Positions 25,873 to 37,110 of a DNA stretch of 64,000 bases are shown one piece after another. The position numbers and the translations under genes were made by a program. The DNA is taken from NCBI GenBank assembly GCA_024704765.1, contig JAKMXF010000307.1:124001-188000 (forward strand), written 5' to 3'. The number at the start of each line of letters is the position of its first letter. Position 1 is the first letter of the stretch. The stretch comes from Oopsacas minuta (taxonomy: Eukaryota; Animalia; Porifera). The notes beneath the pieces are model-generated. The model saw nothing but the letters and a program-made list of their open reading frames with translations. It did not search any database and had not been told where the DNA came from.

Positions 25873-28800
25873 TACCTAAATTAGTTTATCCGAACTAGAA
25901 AAAATGAAAAGTTAGTCATTGGATAAGTATAATTGCTGAGATAAAAGAAATTTTGTCATCGCAGTTGTGTTTTTATCTCAATAAATTTTGTGGAGATCAT
26001 GTTCATAAGTGAAAGAGTTATGAAAATATTCAAAGCCACAGTGGGTAGCTTCGGACAACCACATATCCCTAATATTTACATTGGTAGTATACACAAATGA
26101 TCTCCATTCAAGGGAAATGATGATTATACTTTCATCTTGTTACAATAGTTATTTCATCTATTGCTTTCGTGGGCGTGTGGTATTGGCATCACAGCTGAAA
26201 GGGGGGATTTGTATGAATCACAAAGAGTTATGTCTTTGCAGTACTGAACTACTAAGATAGGTCATAAATTAGCATCCAAAGTAGTATGGCCATCAGTTCT
26301 TGGAGGATATAATTTCCTTTACTCTTGTACTTTGGGATCAGCCAACAACAAATGCTCTATTGGGAACAATGAAAGGCATTAGATTTCTAACCAAATCCAT
26401 CAATTGATTTCTCTCATTGACTAACATAACTTGGAAGATGTGTAACATTCCCAGTCGAGGGAAAGACATGTGTCTATATGATCCTCGTTCAAAGGTTTCC
26501 TGCTTAAAGATGATTGTTTATGGTTTTTCCCAATTTCTTACCTTATTTCTGATAGTTTGGAAGAGTCATAGTTGTAGTGGTAGAACCAAAAAACTTAGTT
26601 GACTAACACTAGCAGCATAATTGCAGCATCTCAGGTTATACACAATTAGTCAACTATTTAACAAGCAGAGATTCGATTTGCTTACATTTGAAACGATTTC
26701 TATTAAAAAATTCTCTTAAAAACACTTTAGTGTTCACAGGAAATTTTCTGCATGTAATTTCAAATTATGTATCTGCCAAATACTTGAGTATGAACAAATA
26801 ATTATACACACAAACGTCATAAATTATACACAGCTTAAGTTAGCATATTTGGGCTCGGTAAAGGAATTTGTTAAGGCTTTTTTTGTGACAATGAACCTGA
26901 TAACCATGTAATTCTCTAAACAAGCCTGAACACTTAATCTTCTCTTCTCCAATAAAACATAATTTTACAGATAAATATAATTCAGCAGTCCTTTACTCTC
27001 CCTGCTGGATATGCTATACACATTAGTTGGAAATCCAAGCTTGACTCATAGAAAGCTATTTCGAATTCCACTCCTTTGATATTTATTTTGTGCCTTTTTT
27101 ACTCAGACACCGAGAGTTTCACCATGAGTTTGAAGATTCCGCGCCAAGCGTACAAAATATATCACTTTGGTAAGTTACCAATGATGGCATTACTTTGTTG
27201 AAGATCCTAAATAGAATGGAACAGAACAATCAACATAAGATACAATTTTTTGTTGGTATCAACAGAATACTTTGCATTCAACACTCAATTTCAATGATAT
27301 AATTTGAGAATGTGAATTTCTGGAGATTTAAGTGAGCTACACTCCCCTACCAGGAATATACGTTCGCCAAAAGTTCCATAGAAAATAGTATTATAATATG
27401 TCTGAATATATAAATGCAATGTAGTCAATTCTATAAGATACGGAGACATTAATTTCAGAATCGTATTCTAAGCATTAGAATTCAGCATAAAAGAAGGTTT
27501 CAACTCACTGAAATATTGCCTAAATTGAAAATTTCATTGTGTGTCACTATCTAAAACTTTTCCAATTGCCACCATGGACACAATGAAACAAGTGGCACAT
27601 GATGGAATGATTGCCAATTAGCGACATATCTAGTAGATATTTGAATAGAAAATTGTGTAATGGACATTTATACACTATTGGACAAAGGTGTTAACACAAT
27701 CAGTGTTGTCTTATCTTCTTCTTTATACACGACCATTTCTGCATAAAATGCAAGTTATTAGGTTACTGTAAGAATTAAGTTTTGTTGATTGCCATCAATT
27801 TGGAGAAGTCTTCATTATTTCAAAAATTTATACTTTTAATTAGCTTCCAGAAACTTATTCGAAAATGACCCAAACCAGAAAGATTCGATGAGATCTCTTC
27901 ATTCTATTTTCAAGGGTGGGTCTGTATTGGCGGAGGGATAGAGGGATACATCTCCCCTCCAAGAGTAATCTCCATGATATGACGTCATAGTTGGAAATTC
28001 ATGCCAATACATTGAATTATTGGCTCAAATTCCAAACCTTAAATTTCGGCTCGCATTGCTCGCATCTTTCCTTATAATTCGAGACTCGAAGGTACCTGAC
28101 AGTAGAATTACAAGGAATCTTGTGTGGCAAATAGGGGTTGTCGTTCTGCCCCTCGTGTAACCGTCATATTAACGAAAGCTTTACTGATCGTCATTAAATA
28201 GCGCCGAATAATTATTCTTCCTAAAGCTAGATAGCTATATCTATGATTATCTCATCAATCATTCTCCGGACAGCAGGTGGAATATGTATTGATCACAACA
28301 AAATCCCTGACAATTCGAGATTTCCCACTGTATAAGTAATTCACAGTCATGGAGTCGTCTCTAATTTTTCCAGTTCTCGAATTATCTGCTTCGAACACCA
28401 TTACTCACCAGTGGATAATTAGAGAGGATCCACTGTTTTGTAGTTTGACAATATTTAAATCCGTATGTTTTCATAGGATTAAATTCCGCCATGGATTATG
28501 AACTAGATATGATTTCAATTCTGGATGAGATGATTTCATGACTGGATTTGGATAAAGGATTCCGATCCGTCTTGGACCTCTGCATACAAATGCACACTGT
28601 GTGCAATAATTTTTGAAGATTTGAATCAATATTTAGTATGTGTGAATGGGAGAATTGGGAGTGGAACAAAAGTTATATGTAAATAAGTCGAATTATCAAT
28701 TACGTATATACATTTACAGTAAATCATGGATTTCGTTTTTGTTAACTTACAGGCATAGATCTCTATAATCAAATAGACAAGTGGCCAATTTGTACCTAAA

Positions 28801-29364
28801 CCCTTAGCATGGACTGTATTTCATAAATTCCGAAATGGTGTCCAAAAGTTACAATAGTGTGTTGTATTAATACTAGTATATAATGGTTACAATTTAACAT
28901 GTATAGTATGAAATTTACAGCAACAGGGAAACTCATTGGGCTTTCCTAGTTCTTAACACATGAAATTATGTATGAAAAGAAAATTATATGCTTGATAATC
29001 ATCAAATTTGAGACATATCATGGATTACTAAAAATCCTCGAACTTTGAGAAATCCTTGTTTATTTTGTCGAATTTCAAATTCAATTTGATAAAATGTAAA
29101 ATCTTACATAACTGTAACTTTCTCTATTTATGGCTTACCATAAGTCTCGAATCTTTGACTAGGGATATGATAGTGTAAGGCAACCATAATATTAGTATAC
29201 GAATGGTTTTCTATATTACATTATGTCCAGGTACGTGTATTATGTTATTTGAAAGGGTGATATTTGGGTGGGATGTTTCCCATCCTGGATACTAAGTGCC
29301 CCCTAAATTGCCAAAACTTTACCTTGCCCAAATTTTCATCATGACAGATGAGACACAGGTAGAA

Positions 29365-30215
29365 TATCATGTCTATGTTGCAGTCAAAGTCCGTTTCCCG
29401 TCATAACGTGTTTTGACTGAAATTTCAAAACAAAGTGCGATAAATATGGAATTTTAATCAAATTGTGTTATTTCTGTCAGAAAGTAGTTAGATACTATTC
29501 TAGAATTATAATTAAACTCATAGCAGACTAATACTTATAAGTACTAATATGATTTTATACTATATGTAACTGACAAAAAGAATTTACAGTATACGTAAAC
29601 ATTAATATGTCATTTGTTTCTAGAAAAGGAAGCCAGTATTTGATATACAATTATTGCTGGAGACATAGATAATTTCCAGATAATTTCCAGATAATTGATT
29701 TGTTAAAGCAGAAGCACTGATGAATAGCCCAGTCAATTTCAGATTACTTAGATATTCTTGGGCCTGTTGTAGTGCGGATGAATCTTCAATTATTTAGGTA
29801 TTTCTGAAGGCAATTACATTGCTGGCAATGTACTTCTCTCTGCAAAACTTTTGCCCTCACCTAGCTTTGTTCTTTCCGCAATTTTAACAAGCCCTGTAAA
29901 TTCTGAAATTATCGCAGTTTGAATGAGACAAGAAGATCTCCAGTTTGCTTAAAATCTAGCTATAGTTGTATATCATACCTATATCAGCTTCCCTGCTTCT
30001 AGATTCAAAATAACAATTTCATGTAAACAAATTTTAACGGGATATGATTACTTATAAGTACTAGACAGTTAATAGTGTAACTATAAATTTAGGCTGTTGC
30101 ACTCTCATAGAAACAACATAGCTCAAGTATAATTAAATTCAATATGCAATTTGACTAGAATTTTCAGTCAAAACGCATTTTGATATGAAACGTAAAACAT
30201 CGACTGCAAAATCTC
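29365..30215. repeat. Small diverged inverted repeat (MITE-like remnant)
   Basis: gttgcagtcaaagtccgtttc..gttttgactgaaattt (~29380-29430) vs aattttcagtcaaaacgc..catcgactgcaaaa (~30160-30215). Confidence 0.4.
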
Positions 30216-32458
30216 CAACCATAAGCTAGGATTTTTAAAATGTGCTTACCCTTTGGAAATAAGGAATGTCTAGAGAAAATAACTCGATCTATAATAACAC
30301 GTTAGAAATTACACATCGCATTTTGATTTCAAAGATAAAGTACAAAATGATCCAAAAAAACTGTTCAAATAAGAAAGCTAGCAAGGAATGTGTATAGGAT
30401 AACCAGCAGGGAAAGGCAAGGACTGGCGAATTCTAGTTATTTACAAGAAATTGAGTTTTAGCGGAGAAGAGAAGATTATGATGTTCAGGTTTGCTTTGAG
30501 AACTACATGGTTACCAGGTTAAATACCACACAATAAATCCTTAACAAACTCCTTACCGTGCACAAATGTGCTAGTTTAAGCTGTGGATATTTTTATGACG
30601 TTTGAGTGTATAATTCTACGTTTATACTTAAGTATTTGGCAGTTACATATATATATAATTACATGCAGAAAGTTTCCTGTAGACAACAAAGTGTTTTTCA
30701 AGAGAACCGTTTCGAACCATCAGCGACCAAGTACAAACTTGGAAAGAGCACAAAACAATCATCTTTAAGCAGGAAACCTTTGAATGAGGATCATGTAGGC
30801 ACATCTCTCTCCCTTGACTAGGAATGTTACACATCTTCCAAATTATGTTAGTCAATGAGAGAAATCAATTGATGGATTTGGTTAGAAATCTTATGCCTTT
30901 CATTATTCCCAATAGAGCATTTGTTGTTGGCTGATCCCAAAGTACAAGAGTAAAGGAGACTATGTCTTCCAAGAACTGATGGCCATACTACATTGGATGC
31001 TAATTTATGACCTATCTTAGCTGTTGAGCACGGGAAGACTTGTAAATATTACATCTAGGGGCATTGCTCAATTATAGGGAAGAGATCATTTTCGTGAATT
31101 TCTATCCCATTGTTTTACCAAGGTATTTTGGCTACACTTCACTATATTAAGTGGGTCTAAGATCATGAAAACAGGTAGGATCTGTGGGTTTAGGCAAGTT
31201 AGCTGCAAATTTGCACCACCAGCTAGAGACATAAATGTACTCACCTTTAGTTGATAATTGTCTTTGCAGACACAAAGTCCCATTAGTTAATACAATAGTT
31301 CTCTATGTACATAAAGACTTACATTACTGCTGGGATTGAATAAGAAGATTTTACATTACAGTATGAAAGAAGTCTCACAAATTCTGAGCTATATGCTCAC
31401 GGGCTTGAAATGGATCAGCTATAAAGAAATTCTTTCTGGATGTGTTGAATCGGAAAAGGGAGGAGGATCAGAAGATATTACCTTAATATCATTCTAATCT
31501 GCCTTTAAGTGAACTTCGTGCACCTATAGGGGAACATGTTTCTTAAGGCCATATTTCTCCTTGGGTTGGGCCCCCGTCCTCAAAACAAAAATTGTTGGAT
31601 ACATGGTGGTGCAGAACAACTATTGTAACAAGATGAAAGTATAATCATCATTCCCTTGAATGGAGATCATTTGTGTATACTACCAACGTAAATATTGGGG
31701 ATATGTGGTTGTCCGAAACCGCCCACTGTGGCTTTGAATATTTTCATAACTCTTTCACTTATGAACATGATTTTCACAAATTTATTGAGGATATATACAC
31801 AATTACGATAACCAAATTTCTTTTATTTCAGCAATTATACTTATCTAATGACGAGCTTTTTATTGTGTCTAGTTTGGATAAACTAGTTTAGATATTTCAC
31901 TCAAAACTTTGTTAATGAACTCGAAGTGCCCAGGCGTTGCCTGGTAATTTGTGATTTTATTGGCAATTTCACATAATGCTCTCTCAATTAGCATTTATTG
32001 CTACCCCACCCAACTCCGACCAATTTGGTATTATTACTTACTATGACTATGAAAAACCAAACATTTCAAAATCAAAATTCTTCAAATAGGTTTCAGTGAT
32101 AAATAATGTATATTTAAACTATGAACGATATTGAAAAGCTTAGCCGTGTCTATAATATTTCATCGAATATAAAGTAGTGTTTGTGCCATCATTTATAGTC
32201 ATATAACATTCATATTTCCCGTGTCTAGAGGATGCCTGGTATATCTCATGGAGGGCCTAGGAATAGAAGGCTGCGACCCACTATAATACTTTTCAAAAGA
32301 TTATATCTAGGTAGCTCGTATTCTTTTGAATTGAGGAGGCAATCCTGAATTTCAAAAGAGAGGTCTATGCTCTCTTAGGGAAAAGGTAGGACACCCTTGA
32401 CGGGACCTACCCAAACCTTTGACACTAGGGATAAAAGAGGGTCAAAATTAAAACTAAC

Positions 32459-32768
32459 CTGTTCAGGGGATAGAAAACTAATATTTTTTAACTGCTGAAA
32501 TCGTCCTATGTCCACAACATCAGTCAAAACTTGAGAACATGTATAATCAGTCAATTTTATAGAATGATTCATTTTAGACAAATATATATTTTCAGGCCGG
32601 ATATCTAAATGAGCAATATTAATGAAATGTAGATACTTCATACCTTTCCACAATTGAGACATATAAACCAAGATATTGGTTTCTGTATAATATTGCATTG
32701 TAGCTAAATGTGAGAACAGTGGTATATCTCCACAGTTTGTAAACAACAACAAAAGCCTTCCTCCATCA
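32459..32768 (-). CDS. Internal coding exon of the same CAMK-group kinase (subdomains IV-VIII)
   Basis: Acceptor ttttAG (32769-70), then DGGRLLLLFTNCGDIPLFSHL...YLHFINIAHLDIRPENIYL...IKLTDYT...FLSPEQ, then donor GTTAGT. The upstream exon was not found in the window. Confidence 0.85.
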
Positions 32769-34184
32769 CTAAAATGAAAGTAAATAAGGTTTTACAATAT
32801 CTAATAATTCATATTATAACCTGCATCTCGTTTTTAGCGAATAAGAACACATCTTTATCGCTGATCATGTCCAAAGAGAGTATATGAATGTAATAAAATT
32901 TTGAGAGTTCTGATGGCTGAATGTAGAATATTTTGTATATCATAAATTTCAGTTTCAGATAACAAACGAATTGCGACAATAAAATGTGCACTGTAGTTGT
33001 CCAGAATTAAATTAACCTAAAGAGTTAGGAAATCCTACATTTAACAAATTTATGAATGAATCAAAATTCTTAATATATATAATATTTGCAAAGAGAAATA
33101 CATTATATCACGCTAGTAGCATCGACAATTGAACCATTCCAGCAATTAAAAGTGTATTGCTCACGAATGATAATAAACATATATTCAGACAGAGTGTCTT
33201 CATAGCTTCACAAGGGAGTTACTACAAAATATTTGAACTGGATTGTATACATGAATAATCGAGGTTCTATGAATACCAACAAAAGATAATTCTATTATAC
33301 TAGCTTAGAGATACATAACAAACAGAAGTGCAATTTGTCAGTAGAGCTGTTGAGATCCGAATTTCAAGATAGTGTGCAGTTTTGATAAAAGTAATAAACA
33401 TTCCAATAATATCACCATACCATAAGAAGAGACTAGACATGGAGTGATCTCGAAAGACGCATCTGATAATTATGTATGCATGTTAAATGAGCTATTTAGT
33501 GACACGGTTTGAAAATATAATGTTAATTACTTCTATTAGGATACTCCAAATTAACTTTTGTTGATATTCATCATCAGGGTTAAATTTCCCATCATTTGGG
33601 ACGAACCAGGAGAATAATTTCAAAATTGACATTAATTATATTATGTGTTCTTCCTTCTTTATCAGACAAATCGGGTAGGAGAATCAAACTACGATGAATG
33701 CAAATACCAATGAGCACATATCCTGGTCGATGGTGGATTAATACTATTACATTGTTCTATGTTTAGCATTACATTTCTACATGGTGCTTGGGGGGGCCGA
33801 GTGCATGTGTGGTCAAAGGCCCAATATTTTAAAGTTAATGTCCTTTGGTCATGACTTTTGTGTTGCTGAGTTCAAATTGGCAGATATTCGAAGGCCAAAG
33901 GTCAGAAAATCTTAAGATCTTTGACTTTGAGATAGAATCGCTCCCTTGTAGACATGGTTATAGGCATGTCTCAAGCAGGAGTAGTCTTAACCTAGCAAAA
34001 TGAAGGGTTTAACGCAGTTAAATTTGCATATAGCAGAGAGCAAGACTGCCGTACAAGCCCCCTCAAAATTACATGATCCTAAAGAATAGTGCAACTGTAT
34101 AATCATTTCAATACAACAAAATTATCCTAGAAATAAGTTGTATGAAGGACCCCTAAACAGATTTGTCTCGAAAGGACGAAATAC

Positions 34185-34910
34185 TCATCGAAATCCAATT
34201 GTGCCCAATTTTGCGAAGCCATTTAGCTTTAAGTGGTCACATGTATATATGTGGGAATGTTCATTCCCTAACAAGACAGAAGTGTGACGACATTTCATCA
34301 CAAAAGTTTTCCTGATACCACAAACGATCTTTTGTTCGACTTTACTAGGGGCTCTGACTCTAGTTATACTAGTGGTTCCCACATGTTTCCATATGAAAAA
34401 CTCGGTATTGTTTATAGGAAAAATTAGTATATTTCAAAAGATTTCATTTTGTATACATTCTGTGTTGCTAACGGATATACAGGCAGGCCCAGGCGCCGCG
34501 ACAAATGGCTTTCGGGAAATATGATGCTTCGTATTTAACGGTTCGCGACTCACTCTCTGGACTATCGCGATAGTTGAGTTAGTGAGTGACAACATGATAT
34601 TCTACATATCTACAAAAACATCGAGATGGTCAATAGCAATTAAGAATATATAAAATTACCCCTTCAAAAATATAATCAGAGACAGTATCACCAATACCAA
34701 GTTTACTAAATGCTGCTTGTACATTTGTTGAACTGTTTACAAATGTCTTCGAGCATGTAAACTTTGCAGTTCGACCACACCCTGACCCGAGGAACTCTGA
34801 AATCCTAGGAGTGCAGCAGGTATTTGTTCTCCAAATACCATGTATGCAGTAAAAGTATCATTGTCACGAAGATCACTACCTTTGCCAGTGGGAAACAATA
34901 TACGATTTCA
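34185..34910 (-). pseudogene. Probable Academ-type transposase remnant (XPG/PIN-like domain and Cys-rich C-terminus)
   Basis: Across frameshifts: FPTGKGSDLR...AALLGFQ..SGCGRTAKF...VQAAFSKLG resembles the 'F.TG.G..R...ALLGFHAFTGCD...F' signature. Downstream APSKVEQKIVCG...KC resembles the CxC tail. Confidence 0.5.
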
Positions 34911-37110
34911 AAGTTTAGCTTAGAAAAGTTTAAGCAAGAAATTATACATTAATATCAGAAGAACAAAAGAAAGATCTAAATTCACAATTACCGAATACGT
35001 TCATCAAATAATCCTACACTTTTCAAATTGTACTTTCACCATAAGGATGGATCAAAACTTTACTAGAGGAATGTTTAAAAACGTATATACTTGAAAAATA
35101 TATACCTCAATCTTTCATTCAACAGAGGTGAATAAAGTAAATTAGATCATACATGATTTTGGCCAAAGCACGAGTATTCTGAATGTATTGTATTTTACAC
35201 CATTAACCTCTCGAATGTATGTATGTATTCTACATAAGAAGTTGGAAACCAAATCTTAAATTAAATTATAATACATTGAACATTTAGAGATTCGAATTTT
35301 TCACTCATGAATCTACAACTTCATATCTATGATTCACATTGGCACTTATAATTGAAATATCTACAATCACCCTTGTATTGCATATAACCCTACATATAAC
35401 CATCATCTCTCATTTCTATGCTGTGTCTTCAATTTCCTTTCTTTGTTCTACCGTGACTCCTGAAGTAACTGACCATATCACATTTCCTAGCTAATCTAAA
35501 TTTCTACATTATAAACCATGATGCATATATTATACAAATTTAACTCTTCAGATTCCAAAGAAATCACAAAATCCTGATCAAATCATTTAAAATCTTGTCA
35601 AATTACCAATCATATCATTTCAAACCCAAGTCTATCAACCTTCACGGTCCCTTCGAAAATTAATTCTTATTGATACATCTGATTGTCAAAGTTACAAGGT
35701 TGAGAGCCCTTCAAATCGTCATTAAATCCTTTCAATACTAATTCATGAATGATTGGACTTGATTTCTATTCCCCGCTACTCACTCCTTAAGTTATCAAAT
35801 TTACCACTCTCCAAAAAGCAAACTAAACAGTTAAAGAATTCTAGATGGCCTATGACAGTGATTCCCAACTGGCGGACAGCGGTCCCGATCCGGACCTTTT
35901 TTCAATTTAGTCAGGACAGCAAGCTTGGGGTGGATTAATCCAAACTCCTTTCAAAATTCTGGCTATTTACCAAATATATTCTATATATTTACTCTTCGAG
36001 AAATGTTTCGCCAAACATATTATATATACTATTTCATTTAAATAGATACTAAACTCACACTGATTACACTGCTTGACAAAAATATTGTTCCATTTCTACC
36101 AACACTTGTCTTTACCTAATTTTGGGGCACTGAATCCGAATCCGAGCATAATTTTTTCCGCAAGTTCTAGATTTTTTGCAAATGGAAATTTTTAATGATT
36201 TTGCACAAAATTCAAATTTTTTGAAAAAGTGACATGATTTGACAAAATGTTGTTCTGCTTGCAGTTGAATAACTAGCCTCAATACAAGAATAAGTGCCAA
36301 AAGACTTTTATGTTGCCAATAGAAATTGTATTTGTAGATAGGCAACAATGTTTAGAAAATGTAAAAATTAACAGTTTTGCTTGTAATATGCATGCAAAAA
36401 TTGATTTTTTTTACAAAGTGACATAGAAAAGAACGATAGCAATCTACAAAAGTAACTTAAAGCGATTAATGACAAGATGCAAAAGATTCAAATTTTCTAC
36501 AACTCTGGGCAAAATATCCTCTTATAACTTCTGCGTTTGTACGCTTTGTGAAGACAGTCACGTTTAATGCCCCAACAATAGTCTGCCATCATATCGACCT
36601 CGGTAGCTTTCATCCACTGTCATGAGATCCTGGTGGAAACGCTCTCCCTGTTCGCCACTGACAGCCCTAAGGTCTTCAGGGAATTTGTCCAGGTGGCTGT
36701 ACAGAAAATGTACTTTTATGCTCATGTTGCATCCTAAATCACGAAACCCTAAGAGCATCTTGGATAGAAGCATTTCTGTTACCAAGAAAGTTCTGTATAA
36801 CATCCGCAACAGATAGTCATGCAGCTTCCTTCTTGACATTCATTTATTGAATGAAGTTTTTGACGAGAATAGGTGTATGTATCTGTGGTCCATCAAACAC
36901 TCCTGCTTTGATTTCATCATATGACAAAGCAGGGAAAGTATACACACGATGATGAAAGGATTCATTGTCAGGATTTAGGGCTTCAACGAACTGTTTCATG
37001 AGAACTAGCTTGATGTGCAGGGGCGGAAAAACAATTTGTCTCTGCTTACGATCGGGTCTTGTGTTCGTTAGGCATGCCAGCTTGAAATGTTTCACGTAAG
37101 GGCTACTCCT

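Larger units (their letters stand above)
24275..32145. repeat. Large diverged inverted duplication: arm 1 ~24275-26760, arm 2 ~30655-32145
   Basis: Collinear reverse-complement matches: 24395-24525 vs 31890-32020, 25875-26140 vs 31620-31890, 26270-26560 vs 30720-31025, 26720-26760 vs 30655-30700. Confidence 0.8.
8395..32458 (-). other. 24,064-nt GT-AG phase-0 intron of the kinase gene
   Basis: Donor CAG|GTTAGT at 32458 and acceptor ttcatAG|GTG at 8395. The spliced product reads FLSPEQ|VIGSNVTYSADQW, i.e. contiguous subdomains VIII-IX. Confidence 0.8.
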
